DNA of 64,000 nt from an uncultured bacterium (GTDB lineage Bacteria > Chloroflexota > UBA5177 > JANWHV01), in NCBI GenBank assembly GCA_963827235.1, contig CAWHAE010000014.1:352001-416000 (forward strand). The letters run 5' to 3'. The notes beneath the pieces are model-generated. The model did not search any database. It was not told where the DNA came from and saw nothing but the letters and a program-made list of their open reading frames with translations. Positions 51,941 to 64,000 of this stretch are shown piece after piece; the first letter of the stretch is position 1, and each line of letters starts with the position of its first letter. The translations under genes and the position numbers were made by a program.

Positions 51941-53265
51941 CAGAAACGCGTCTCCTGTAGATGACCGTCTACCGTGCCGATGATCAGCGGCGACGGCTCC
52001 GGTAGCTCCTGCGACATTCGCAGAGCCGATTCAAGCAGGCTGGCGCCGGCATCGAGGTGCGCGGAATCGGAGCCAAAAACGGTTGCCCAGATCGCGCCTT
52101 CCTTCAGTGGCGTGCCCACTTTCACCCTCAGCAGCACGCCGGCCGCGTAGTCTATCGGATCGCCTTTCCGCTGACGACCGGCGCCGAGCGCCCGAGCGGC
52201 CTCTCCGACCGCGAGAGCGTCGACGCGGCTTACGAAGCCTGACCGGGGCGCGGCGAGATCGCGGTTCATCCGTGCGCCAGGCAGCACCGACACCGGATCA
52301 TCGACCACCCGTACATCGCCTCCCTGGGCGGCTACCAGGGCGCGGAATCGCTCCATGGCCTGCCCGCTCGACAGCAGATGCTCGAGTTCCCGGCGCAGTG
52401 CCGCTGCTTCCGCCGAGCCACGCGCGAGTGCTACCAGCCGGCCCGCCAGCCATAGGCAGACCTCCTTGAGATCGTCGGGACCACGGCCCGACAGCGTGTC
52501 GATCGCCTCACGCACTTCCAGCCCGTTACCTACCGCGAAGCCAAGCGGCTGATCCATGGAAGTTACGGTAGCTTCCACGAGGCGTCCCGCCGCCGATCCG
52601 ATCTCCACTAGGGCGCGAGCAAGGACGAAGGCCTGATCCGGAGTCGACATGAACGCGCCTGAGCCTGTCTTCACGTCCAGGATGATCGCGCGGGCCCCCG
52701 CTGCGAGCTTCTTGCTCATAATGCTGCTCGCGATCAGTGGCACGCTGTCGACCGTAGCCGTGACGTCGCGCAGTGCGTAGAGCATGCCGTCGGCAGGCAC
52801 GAGTGTGCTTGACTGGGCCGCCACAGCGATGCCGATCCGCCGGGCTTGCTCGATCATCGCGTCGGTCGTCATGCTCGTGCTGAAGCCGGGTATAGACTCC
52901 AGCTTGTCCAGAGTGCCTCCCGTGTGCCCGAGGCCCCGTCCGGACATCTTGGCCACGGTGAGCCCGGCAGCTGCTAGCAGCGGACACAGGACCAGCGTGG
53001 TCTTATCGCCAACCCCGCCCGTCGAGTGCTTGTCGACGGTCACGCCGGGCAGGGCCGAGAGGTCGGCGGAATCGCCCGATGCTACCATCGCTGCGGTAAG
53101 GTCCGCGGTCTCTCGCGCGGACATCCCGCGGAAGTAGACGGCCATAAGGAACGCCGCCATCTGATAGTCGGTGACGGCACCCGACATGTAGCCACCGATC
53201 AGATCTCGGATCTCTTCGCTGCTTAGCTCGATGCCGTCGCGCTTTTTCTTGATCAAGCTGTACAT
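51940..53265 (-). CDS. pdp: pyrimidine-nucleoside/thymidine phosphorylase
   Basis: IKKKRDG, DKHSTGGVGDK, KMSGRGLGHTGGTLDKLE, LRDVTAT, SIMSKK, DVKTGSGAFM. Confidence 0.95.
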   Translation of the reverse strand: MYSLIKKKRDGIELSSEEIRDLIGGYMSGAVTDYQMAAFLMAVYFRGMSARETADLTAAMVASGDSADLSALPGVTVDKHSTGGVGDKTTLVLCPLLAAAGLTVAKMSGRGLGHTGGTLDKLESIPGFSTSMTTDAMIEQARRIGIAVAAQSSTLVPADGMLYALRDVTATVDSVPLIASSIMSKKLAAGARAIILDVKTGSGAFMSTPDQAFVLARALVEIGSAAGRLVEATVTSMDQPLGFAVGNGLEVREAIDTLSGRGPDDLKEVCLWLAGRLVALARGSAEAAALRRELEHLLSSGQAMERFRALVAAQGGDVRVVDDPVSVLPGARMNRDLAAPRSGFVSRVDALAVGEAARALGAGRQRKGDPIDYAAGVLLRVKVGTPLKEGAIWATVFGSDSAHLDAGASLLESALRMSQELPEPSPLIIGTVDGHLQETRF

Positions 53266-53564
53266 GCGCTGCTCCCGGATCAACTCATTATGTGCAGTCA
53301 CGTAGCGCGCTACGACACCCGCCTGGACACCGCTCTCAAGCTACAGCAGCAAGGCCCGGCTCACGCTGACTTGGATGGCCTGCACTGTGTGATGCTACAT
53401 TGAGAAGGAGGGGCACGGCCAGCCCTGGCCAGCACCCCGGTGTGAGGAGAAGCGCCGCTCTCCGGCCGTCGGCTGCGTTCGTCGAACGATCAAGCTGTTG
53501 TCTGCCCCCGGGCCGTCGCCGTACTGTTTCGACCCGCTCGTCGGCCCGGCAGATTGGGAGCCCA

Positions 53565-54563
53565 ATGAAGAAGTCGTTGCCCGCGCACGAGGGACCCTCG
53601 AGTCTCCGCGGGCGTCCTTCGTACCGTATGCTCGTGACCGATATAGATGGCACGCTCCTCAATTCGGAGTCCCAGCTCGCGCCGCCAGTCGTCACGGCGA
53701 TCGAGCGCGCGCGCCGAGCCGGTGTGATCGTTACGATCGCCACCGGTAGGCGATTTGCCACCTGCGAGAAGCTCCTTCGCGACCTCGGGCTATTTGGACC
53801 GCTCGGCCCAACCCCTATTCGTGCCGTATCGGCGCAGCTCGCCCTTCAGTCACCGCCCATCGTCCTGGAGACCGGCGCCATGGTGTCGAGCGCCGACGGC
53901 TCCCACGTCCTGTATCGTGACCCGCTCGCACCGGCCAGCGGTAGGCAAGCACTGAGAATACTCGTCGAGGCCGGTCTGCAGCCTATCGCCTACGAGGACC
54001 GCGTGATCGGACAGCGGCTCTTCACCGGCACGGAGGAGTACGACTCCCCGGCAGCCACCGAGTTTCTGAGCCGGAATCCCGAGCTGGTGATCCGCATGCC
54101 GTACGCCGCCCTGGAGTCCGACATCGAGCCAGTGCATATCGTGGTGGTTGACAACTATGCGCGAGTCGAGCCTATACTCGCCCGCCTCGAGCTCGCCGAC
54201 TGCCGCACGCTGATCTCTTACAGCCCCAACCTTGACAGCTGCTTCCTCGAGGTCTTCCATGGAGACTGCTCGAAGGGCACCGCCGTGGCATGGCTGGCAG
54301 GCTACCTTGGCATGGGAATCGAGGATGTCGTCTGTATCGGCGACAACTGGAATGACGTGGAAATGCTCTCGACGGCGGGTTGCGGTATCGTGGTTGCCAA
54401 TGCCGAGCCCGGTGTCAAGCCCTACGCGAGGCGCATCACGGTGTCGAACGACCAGAACGCCGTCGCGGTCGTGCTGAATCAGATAGTTGATGGCACAGAG
54501 CCGGGCAAGGCGAATCCCGACTACCTACCCGTCGTCGAGGAGAGTGTCGGCCTCGCCGAATGA
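53565..54563 (+). CDS. Cof-type HAD-IIB hydrolase
   Basis: DIDGTLL, ATGR, SKG, IGDNWNDVEML. Confidence 0.92.
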   Translation: MKKSLPAHEGPSSLRGRPSYRMLVTDIDGTLLNSESQLAPPVVTAIERARRAGVIVTIATGRRFATCEKLLRDLGLFGPLGPTPIRAVSAQLALQSPPIVLETGAMVSSADGSHVLYRDPLAPASGRQALRILVEAGLQPIAYEDRVIGQRLFTGTEEYDSPAATEFLSRNPELVIRMPYAALESDIEPVHIVVVDNYARVEPILARLELADCRTLISYSPNLDSCFLEVFHGDCSKGTAVAWLAGYLGMGIEDVVCIGDNWNDVEMLSTAGCGIVVANAEPGVKPYARRITVSNDQNAVAVVLNQIVDGTEPGKANPDYLPVVEESVGLAE

Positions 54564-54573
54564 CTCGCCATCG

Positions 54574-55818
54574 CTAGCGATACAGAGAGACTGAGCATTC
54601 CAGCAGGCCGAATTGCAGCGAGTCGCCCTCCTGGAGCAGAAACCACTGCTGCGGCTGCAGGGTGCTCCACTGCGGCTGGCCGGCCCTCCGCACCCGCGTC
54701 CCGTTCGTGCTGCTCAGATCCCTGATCGCGAAGCCATCGCCCTGCCTCGCTATCTCCGCATGTCTTCGGGACACTCCCAGGTCCTCGGACTCGCCGGGGT
54801 CGCAGGCTTGCGAAAGGTTCACATAGGCCTGACCTTGGGTTAGCGGACCGTCAAGGCCACGGCCGACCACCGTCGGCGTTCCATTGCAGCGAAATACGAA
54901 GCCGCTACGCACTTCGATCAGCGTCAAGGCACGCACTGCTGGCGCGGCATGCGGCACGGATCCGGCCACGGGCTGCCCAAACGCCACTCCGGGCCCTGAT
55001 GGCGTCCCTGTTGCCGGCAAGCCAGGCGAGGAGTCGCCGGCGCGAATCTGCTGGCTGGCAGGCAGTACGATCTGCTGCGTCTCATCTGCCGGCGGCGTGT
55101 GAGCCGCGGACGGCTGCCTGCCGGCATCGCCGCCCAGGGCCGCTTGGGCGCGCGCGTTCGCCGACGTACGGGCCCGCTGAGCCATGTCCAAAGCACCCTG
55201 AAGCTCGCCCAGCGCCTGGTCGAGCGATGCGCGCGCGTCGTCGAACGCTCGATCGCGAACGCTCGCCGCCGCGGATGCCATGCGGACATCCTGCGCGGCA
55301 AGGATGGAGCCTATCGACCTCAGGGTGCTCTGCCAGCCGGCATCGTCGAATCCCGGTCCGCGCTGAAGCTGCATGTCAGCCAGGGCCTGGCGTAGGGCTG
55401 AGTAGCGGCGGCGAGCCGTCTCCAGCATGGCATTGCATTCGAAGGTCTGTTGAGCCCGATGAGCCTGCTCCGCGGCCGCCTTCTCTCGCGCGGCCCGGTC
55501 CGCGACTACTTGCCGCGCCGCGGTCACGCGCTGTCCAAGCTGCAAGTACGGCGCGAACAAGGGCTGGAAGCTGAGAGCCTGGTCTAGTAGCCTCCTGGTT
55601 TCGCCCCAACGCGTCTGCTGGCCGGCGCTTGGTACCGACGCAAGAAACTCACGAGCGCGCAGCGTCAACGCAGGCAGGCGCGACGCCAGATCCCGGGCCT
55701 CGGGCAAGCCAATCTGTAGCGCCGCGGCTACATTGCTTTCGGCCAGAGAGATTGCGTGATCCAGTTGCAGCAGCGCGTCCGTCAGCGACTGGACGGACTT
55801 GGCAAAAGGGTCGTTCAT
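54574..55818 (-). CDS. FHA domain protein with N-terminal helical bundle
   Basis: C-terminal VGR..VSRRHA..DLSSTNGT..GD.L.FG; Ala/Gln helical N-terminus; Pro-rich linker. Confidence 0.88.
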   Translation of the reverse strand: MNDPFAKSVQSLTDALLQLDHAISLAESNVAAALQIGLPEARDLASRLPALTLRAREFLASVPSAGQQTRWGETRRLLDQALSFQPLFAPYLQLGQRVTAARQVVADRAAREKAAAEQAHRAQQTFECNAMLETARRRYSALRQALADMQLQRGPGFDDAGWQSTLRSIGSILAAQDVRMASAAASVRDRAFDDARASLDQALGELQGALDMAQRARTSANARAQAALGGDAGRQPSAAHTPPADETQQIVLPASQQIRAGDSSPGLPATGTPSGPGVAFGQPVAGSVPHAAPAVRALTLIEVRSGFVFRCNGTPTVVGRGLDGPLTQGQAYVNLSQACDPGESEDLGVSRRHAEIARQGDGFAIRDLSSTNGTRVRRAGQPQWSTLQPQQWFLLQEGDSLQFGLLECSVSLYR

Positions 55819-55941
55819 GGCTCCATCACCGCCCTCTTCCGCACGCTCGACCTTCGGAATTGCCCGGGCACATGGGTTCCTCTTCGTGTTGTGGTGCCGG
55901 AGGACAGCGATCCCGCCCGGGCTGGGCAGTCGAGCAATCTC

Positions 55942-58046
<2,105 letters not shown>

Positions 58047-58134
58047 CAGGCCACCGGTATCCGTCTGCAGGCAGATAGCCAGGGCGGCTGCTGTATGGGA
58101 ACGTGTGTCGCCCAACCGGGGATGGACGCCTCGG

Positions 58135-58464
58135 TCACACCTGCTCGAAACGCACCACATCGACGACGAAGATTGTGGCGCCTCCAAGCTGGACGTCGAC
58201 CGGGGTCGGCATGTAGAACTCGCCCGGCTCCATCATCGGCGGTAAGGGGTTGATGTACTGCGTTCGCGTCCTGCAGTTCTTGCGCACCACTGCGATGGCA
58301 TCGTGTACCTTTTCGTCGGGCACACCGACCAGGATTGTCGCGTTACCCTGGCGGAGAAACCCACCGTGTGACTGGTAGCGCGTGCTGCGAAATCCTTCCT
58401 TGGTAAGTGCGCTGACGAGGCCGCCCGCGTCCTCGTTCTGGACGATGCAAAAGATCAGCTTCAC
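58135..58464 (-). CDS. darA: PII-like cyclic-di-AMP receptor (DarA/PstA)
   Basis: KLI..IVQNED, GGFLRQGNAT, GGATIFV; downstream of tmk as in Bacillota. Confidence 0.92.
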   Translation of the reverse strand: MKLIFCIVQNEDAGGLVSALTKEGFRSTRYQSHGGFLRQGNATILVGVPDEKVHDAIAVVRKNCRTRTQYINPLPPMMEPGEFYMPTPVDVQLGGATIFVVDVVRFEQV

Positions 58465-58652
58465 GTCTACTACCTCCATAGAGGCCCGAGAATTGCGCCG
58501 TAGTGCAGCGCATACGGCGTGGCTGGCTATACGCTTTCTTTATGAGCCTGATGAGACCGACAGCCGTACAACGCTGGTCATAGGTTATGCCTGTTGCTCA
58601 GACGATGCAAGCACTTTCGCGCACCTCCTGGGTGATGAACCGCGGCACGGCG

Positions 58653-59270
58653 CTACGGACATCGCCGCGGCAATAGCGGTGAGACTGTTTCGATGATACG
58701 CGCCAGGACGACACCAGGTGAGCACCCGGCATCCAGAACCACCCACCGGCTGGGCTCCTGAGATGCCAGCCTCAGGAAGCCCTCTCGAACGCGCTGGTGG
58801 AACTCCAGGCCGCGCCGATCGATAACGTTGAGATTACCCGCCAAATTGCGGCGGCGCAGACCTTCAGCCGGATCGATATCCAAAAGCAAGGTCAGGTCGG
58901 GCGCCAGCCCACCGGTAGCTAATCGATTGAGCGTCCTGATCTCTTCGACGGGCATTCCTTCGCCAAAGCCCTGGTAGGCGAGTGTGGAGTCCGTGAAGCG
59001 ATCGCAGAGCACAACCGCATGCCGATCGAGCGCCGGGCGGATCACGGTGGCCACGAGCTGTGCCCGGGCGGCTTGGAAGAGGAGGAGCGACGCGTAGCGC
59101 TCCAGCCGCTCGCTTTCCAGAAGGATCGACCGGATCCTTTCGCCAGCCGGAGTTCCCCCAGGCTCCCGCGCGGTCACCACTCGCGCCCCGCGCTCCACCA
59201 GCCATGCCTCTAGCTTCGCAAGCGCGGTCGACTTGCCGCTTCCCTCAGCACCCTCGAATGTGACGAACAT
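58653..59270 (-). CDS. tmk: thymidylate kinase
   Basis: FEGAEGSGKST, REPGGT, CDRFTDSTLAYQG, PDLTLLLD. Confidence 0.97.
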   Translation of the reverse strand: MFVTFEGAEGSGKSTALAKLEAWLVERGARVVTAREPGGTPAGERIRSILLESERLERYASLLLFQAARAQLVATVIRPALDRHAVVLCDRFTDSTLAYQGFGEGMPVEEIRTLNRLATGGLAPDLTLLLDIDPAEGLRRRNLAGNLNVIDRRGLEFHQRVREGFLRLASQEPSRWVVLDAGCSPGVVLARIIETVSPLLPRRCP

Positions 59271-59272
59271 GA

Positions 59273-60949
59273 TCAGGAGGTTTGCACACCGGGCGGCAGG
59301 ATTCGCACGCGCCGGTACGGCTCCTTGCCGTGACTGCGCGACGTCAGATTGTACCGTTCGGCCAGCCGGTGCTGCATGCGCCGAATATACGGATTCTGGG
59401 GATTGAGGTCCACTGCGGGACCTCCCTCAAGCACCGTGTTGATGGCGTCCTCCGCCTCCTGCAGCCCTGCGGATTGCGCGTCTGTATTAGTGTCGGGCTG
59501 CGCGGACGGAACCTCGAGATTGAACATGCCGGCCAGCGCGGTCTGCATCTGCGAGCCGGTGTTGTTCTTGAGCACCCAGATGGGCTTCCCGCCGGCCTCG
59601 GCGTCGCGCAGCACCTGCGGTTTGCGGCGATAGTACGGCTTGAGCGTGAGCACGAGATCCGCATCCTGGAGTTCGCCAGCCAGTGCCACCGGAACGCGCA
59701 GCTCGCGCGCCGCCTGCTCCAGCTTCGGCCTGCTCACGCCGAACGGCAGCACGCGAATCGGCTGCAGGACGTCGGACTCGATTGCTACACGTTGAGGAGT
59801 CTCAGCCGCCGGGGACGTGCCGTTGCGCGTCACGAAGCTGTGATTGCCCGCCATCAGGCCGCCGCCTCTGGGCGGGGCCACGCTGTTCTTACCGTGGCCG
59901 TTGGCCCCCGCGACGTCGCGGAACACGCCGAGATCTCGCACCGAGATCGCGCCGTCGTCCGACCTCGTCCGAACCTGCGCCCCTACGGGCCGTCCAAGCA
60001 ACATGGCATCGACCACTGCCGCGACGTCACTATGCACCGTGACGTGATACCAGTCCTGTATCTCCACCACGACCTGGAATGTCGGCGGCGCTTTACGCTC
60101 GAGCACCGACTTCTGGGTGCCCCGCCGCCGCGCTTCCTCGTCGCCCAGCGTTACCGTCTGGATACCGCCGATCAGATCGCTCAGGGTGGGATTCTGCATC
60201 AGGTTCTCGAGAGTGTTGCCATGTGCGGTGCCTACCAGCTGCACGCCGCGCTCGGCGATAGTGCGAGCCGCCTGTGCCTCCAGCTCAGTGCCGATCTCGT
60301 CGATCACGATCACCTGGGGCATGTGGTTCTCCACCGCTTCGATCATCACCGCGTGCTGGCTTACCGGCGTGGCTACCTGCATGCGCCGCGCCCCGCCGAT
60401 GCCCGGATGCGGAATGTCCCCATCGCCGGCGATTTCGTTGGAGGTGTCGACGATCACAACGCGTTTCTGCGCCTCGTCGGCCAGCACGCGCGCGACCTCA
60501 CGCAACATGGTCGTCTTGCCTACGCCGGGACGGCCGAGCAGCAGCATGCTTTGTCCGGACTCCACGATGTCCCGGATGATGGCTATCGTCCCGGTGACGG
60601 CTCGTCCGACCCTGCACGTAAGGCCGACCACTCGACCCTTGCGGTTACGGATCGCCGAGATGCGGTGGAGCGTTCTTTCGATACCGGCGCGGTTATCTTC
60701 ACCAAAGTCGCCGATCCGCTGGACGACGTATTCGATGTCGGCTGCCTCGATTACGAGGCCGTCAAGCCGGTATTCCCCTTGGCGGAGGCGGATGCTCGGC
60801 ACGCGTCCGAGATCCATGACGATTTCAAGCAGATCTCCTGCTGCGGCCATCTGGTTGACCGCCACTGCGATCGCAGGGGGGAGGGCGGAGACAAGTGCAC
60901 CCAGGTCATCAGTAACCACTCGCTCTGGCTGGACGGTCAAATTGGTCAT
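59273..60949 (-). CDS. SpoIIIAA/Ycf45-like AAA ATPase with C-terminal R3H domain
   Basis: [50 protein letters not shown]. Confidence 0.92.
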   Translation of the reverse strand: MTNLTVQPERVVTDDLGALVSALPPAIAVAVNQMAAAGDLLEIVMDLGRVPSIRLRQGEYRLDGLVIEAADIEYVVQRIGDFGEDNRAGIERTLHRISAIRNRKGRVVGLTCRVGRAVTGTIAIIRDIVESGQSMLLLGRPGVGKTTMLREVARVLADEAQKRVVIVDTSNEIAGDGDIPHPGIGGARRMQVATPVSQHAVMIEAVENHMPQVIVIDEIGTELEAQAARTIAERGVQLVGTAHGNTLENLMQNPTLSDLIGGIQTVTLGDEEARRRGTQKSVLERKAPPTFQVVVEIQDWYHVTVHSDVAAVVDAMLLGRPVGAQVRTRSDDGAISVRDLGVFRDVAGANGHGKNSVAPPRGGGLMAGNHSFVTRNGTSPAAETPQRVAIESDVLQPIRVLPFGVSRPKLEQAARELRVPVALAGELQDADLVLTLKPYYRRKPQVLRDAEAGGKPIWVLKNNTGSQMQTALAGMFNLEVPSAQPDTNTDAQSAGLQEAEDAINTVLEGGPAVDLNPQNPYIRRMQHRLAERYNLTSRSHGKEPYRRVRILPPGVQTS

Positions 60950-62009
60950 AGTACTGGTGTTCAACTTCCATACTCGACGCCAATCGATGTTGAACGACGT
61001 CGGCTCTGGTGCCGTAACGGGAGATGTCAATACCCAGCCCCTGTGCCCTGATCGCTGCGACGAGCAACTGCCGCTCCGTCACGCGGGCTACAGTGTGACG
61101 GACAAGCAACGTCTCCCGAAGACCGGCCGAGAAACCGGCCTCCAGTAGGGACGTGGACACGCCCCCATCATACTCGCGCACCTTGCAGACGGTGGTGCAG
61201 TCCGGGTCGAGCCCAAGGTGTTCGACACCGAACCTGACCAGCTCTCCGAGCCGGCTCGCCTCCTCGGGACGCACGAGGATTTCAAGCCACTGGAGTCCCA
61301 GCTGCCGGCGCGGCGACCATCGAATCCACCCGTGAATTCCACTGAGGTCGCCGGCGATTACCTCCCGGGGATGGCGCCATCGGCTGACCGTGGCATCGGC
61401 CACCCGGTTGCGCACGGACCATTCCTTGAGACTCCTTCCCTCTGCGTGCCGGATGAGCGCCGGCGTCACTGCGCAGTAGAGTGAGAACACGTCCCAGGCA
61501 TCGGACGGACGGCGATCCCGCACGTCCGGCGATATGGCACGTGTCGCCATCGCCAGCGAACGGAGCGCGCCATGGTAGATTACCTCGCTTGCATACGGGC
61601 GAAAGCCGCTCTCGGATAAGAGCGCCACGTTCGGGCTGTCCGCCGGCACCCGGGCGAACGTGCGTAATGCACCGCGCTGGGCGGCTACGCCGCCGACGTG
61701 ATCGAGCAGATCCGCACACCCTCGTAGCCACATTTCGTCATCGCAGGCCACGCAGGCCAGGCGCACGATGTCCCATGACTCCCGCCCGGGCCGGGGTCGA
61801 GCTTGCACGAAACCACGGCACTGGTCGCCGTCGTGGAGCACCAGTGTCTGCGCACGCTTGCCAGCACCACGCCATACGGACTTCACCGCCAAGGCGAACG
61901 CCGAAGGACAGGCAACAGCGGGTAAGGGCGCGAGCACGAGCGCGTCATCATTACGGACCAGCTGTCGGATCACCAGCAGGTCTGAAAGCCGAGCCGCATG
62001 GACCCCCAT
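60909..62009 (-). CDS. hypothetical protein, possible tandem GNAT-like folds
   Basis: GFVQAR..WDIVRL, LL.ESGF and LLEAGF repeats. GC3-rich long ORF overlapping the next gene. Confidence 0.65.
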   Translation of the reverse strand: MGVHAARLSDLLVIRQLVRNDDALVLAPLPAVACPSAFALAVKSVWRGAGKRAQTLVLHDGDQCRGFVQARPRPGRESWDIVRLACVACDDEMWLRGCADLLDHVGGVAAQRGALRTFARVPADSPNVALLSESGFRPYASEVIYHGALRSLAMATRAISPDVRDRRPSDAWDVFSLYCAVTPALIRHAEGRSLKEWSVRNRVADATVSRWRHPREVIAGDLSGIHGWIRWSPRRQLGLQWLEILVRPEEASRLGELVRFGVEHLGLDPDCTTVCKVREYDGGVSTSLLEAGFSAGLRETLLVRHTVARVTERQLLVAAIRAQGLGIDISRYGTRADVVQHRLASSMEVEHQYYDQFDRPARASGY

Positions 62010-62196
62010 CGAAGCCCCCCGACGTTACTGGCCGATGCGACGGAACACCTTCGACGTGTTCACTGCGCATATAGAATCGTAAGGCAGTGGCGGTCTCTGT
62101 TCAACATGGATGGCCCGAGCCTCCCGCCAAAATCGTCAGGTGACGGCGCCGGAAGCGCGCCGGAGGAAGACCATGGAGAGCATCTCAACTGCTACG

Positions 62197-62205
62197 ATTA
62201 TACCA
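62197..62205 (-). promoter_or_regulatory. extended -10 promoter element
   Basis: Minus strand TGGTATAAT upstream of the GNAT-like/R3H/tmk run. Confidence 0.5.
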
Positions 62206-62380
62206 CAGGTCCCATTTTACGCCGGACCGCGACGGTGCTCCGAACTCGCCTGCGGTCGTCGCGGATCGGTGCCAGCGCGGCGACTGTGCGGCGCCGATCG
62301 CGTGCCCGTCGCTTGAGGTGGACGGAGCGGTCGGTACGGCCTGGCTTGGTGTGCGGCATGCAATTCGTGAAGGGGAGTCT

Positions 62381-63571
62381 ATGTCGGGAACCCGTCCTGC
62401 TCTCATGGTCGCCCAATCCGGGGGTCCCACGGCAGCCATCAACGCGAGCCTCGCGGGCGTGGTGGAGACGGCCATCGCCTCACCGAGAGTTGGCAGCGTC
62501 TTCGGCGCTCGGTTCGGCGTCGAGGGCCTGTTGCGGCGAGACGTCATCGACCTGGGAATCGTTAGTCGAGACATCTGGCCGCGCATTAAGCTGACTCCCT
62601 CCGCCGCCCTCGGCTCGTGTCGGCGCCGAGTGACGGGCTCGGAGCATGAACAGATCCTGGAGACGCTGGTTGCTCTCGACGTGCACTTTCTGCTCTACAT
62701 CGGAGGCAATGACTCGGCGGACACGGCGCAGGTGCTCGATCGCGCCGCTAGAGAGCGTTCCTACGACCTGCGCGTGATCTCCGTGCCCAAGACAATCGAC
62801 AATGACCTTCCCGGCACCGACCATTGTCCGGGCTACGGTAGCGCCGCGCGCTATCTTGCACAGTCCACCCAGGACGCTGGGCTCGACACGCAGGCAATGC
62901 GCCTGACGGATCCGATCAAGATCATCGAGGTCATGGGACGCGACGCCGGTTGGCTGGTGGCGTCGTCGGCTCTCGGCAAGCTTGACGATCCCGATCCGCC
63001 TCACTTGCTCTGCGTGCCTGAACGCCCGCTCGATGTCGACTCGTTCGCCGCCAGCGTGGAGGCGATGTACAAGCGCCACGGATACGTCGTGGCAGTGGTG
63101 GCCGAGACCATAAGGGACCCGCACGGCAGGCCGATAGGCAGCCTTCACGAGGTACAGCAGGTCGATGCTTTCGGGCACGCGGTCATTCAGGGAACGGCTG
63201 CGTCCCTAGTGTCGATCCTAGGTAGTCGGCTAGGCCTGAAGGCTCGCTTCGATAAGCCGGGTACGCTGCAACGCATGTCTGGTGCGCTGCAGTCGCCGGT
63301 GGACATCGAAGAGGCGTATGCTGCCGGCGCTGCCGCAGTCCGGCTGGCCCTCGAGGGAACCAGCGGCAAGATGGTCGGCTTTCGCCGCGTGCCCGGGCCC
63401 GCCTATCAGTGCGAGATCGTGGAAGTTGATCTCGGCGAGGTTGCCAATCGGCATCGCGTGCTTCCCGCCGAGTTTCTCGGCGAGGATCCATTCGGCGTCG
63501 CGGCCGCCTTCGTCGACTATGCTCGTCCGCTCATCGGCCCCCCGCTGCTGCCCTATGCCCGCCTTCCCTGA
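62381..63571 (+). CDS. pfp: phosphofructokinase, probably PPi-dependent
   Basis: QSGGPTAAIN, LGSCR, IGGNDS (Asp typical of the PPi type), PKTIDND, EVMGRDAGW. Confidence 0.88.
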   Translation: MSGTRPALMVAQSGGPTAAINASLAGVVETAIASPRVGSVFGARFGVEGLLRRDVIDLGIVSRDIWPRIKLTPSAALGSCRRRVTGSEHEQILETLVALDVHFLLYIGGNDSADTAQVLDRAARERSYDLRVISVPKTIDNDLPGTDHCPGYGSAARYLAQSTQDAGLDTQAMRLTDPIKIIEVMGRDAGWLVASSALGKLDDPDPPHLLCVPERPLDVDSFAASVEAMYKRHGYVVAVVAETIRDPHGRPIGSLHEVQQVDAFGHAVIQGTAASLVSILGSRLGLKARFDKPGTLQRMSGALQSPVDIEEAYAAGAAAVRLALEGTSGKMVGFRRVPGPAYQCEIVEVDLGEVANRHRVLPAEFLGEDPFGVAAAFVDYARPLIGPPLLPYARLP

Positions 63572-63739
63572 GCTTCGCGTCCGGGACGCCGAAACGCCCA
63601 ATGGGACGATAAGGACCGGCTGCGTGCGTTTGCCCCGCTCGATCACGGGTGGGTACAATGGAGGCGCCAAATCCGCCGGGGCCCCGAGAGCAGGCAACAA
63701 CCGGCGGCGCCTTCAACGGAGCGGAGGGAGTGCAGCAGG

Positions 63740-64000
63740 GTGAACATCTACGACCAACTGCACGATATTCGTGATGAGCTCGAACGTCGAGGCGCAAACA
63801 GCGCTACGCTCAGCGTACTGGACAAGCTGATCGCGCAGGCCGAGCCGGAACGAGAGAACCCGCTGTCCGTCTCACAGTCCATGATGTTTAGGCATCTGCT
63901 CAGACAGCGAGACGTACTCAACAACTCGGTCGTTGAAATGGACATTCTCTCGCTGGCAGGCGACTTTGACGAGCAGCGGCCGGCGAGGCGAGACGAAGAC
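63740..64000 (+). CDS. hypothetical protein, truncated by the window end
   Basis: GGAGGGAG RBS, then GTG; open frame MNIYDQLHDIRDELERRG.. runs to base 64000. Not in the ORF track. Confidence 0.7.
   Translation, partial: MNIYDQLHDIRDELERRGANSATLSVLDKLIAQAEPERENPLSVSQSMMFRHLLRQRDVLNNSVVEMDILSLAGDFDEQRPARRDED

Noticed and set aside
59282-61051. Long antisense ORFs (also 6406-8004, 45990-47357, 27253-28359)
   Set aside because: Shadow frames of well-supported genes, expected in high-GC DNA, with no motifs.

Overview
GC-rich bacterial chromosomal window made mostly of housekeeping genes. The gene order and content (rplI-dnaB-dnaD-dnaC-like, ftsA-like/baseplate-J/yqgF/mltG, SpoIIIAA-R3H ATPase, tmk-darA, murT/gatD) suggest a monoderm, probably Chloroflexota; this assignment is inference. 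About 55 CDS are supported. I saw no rRNA, tRNA, CRISPR array or intact mobile element. The top finding is a 147-aa leader ORF upstream of secD-secF with an N-terminal hydrophobic, export-like segment and a C-terminal RIRAP-stop. Its last codons base-pair with the secD Shine-Dalgarno region and start codon, which is the architecture of a SecM/VemP/ApdA-type ribosome-arrest secretion monitor, but with an atypical RAP-stop end. Other notable items: a translationally coupled FtsA-like ATPase plus membrane-anchored phage-baseplate-J-domain protein, a biotin-carrier-like protein lacking the biotinyl lysine, an 8-gene MoxR/vWA/ABC envelope operon, an orphan RHS remnant, the programmed prfB frameshift, and two single-base frameshifts (secA and a HAD phosphatase) that may be sequencing errors. 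All product calls come from motif recognition by eye; no database search was run.
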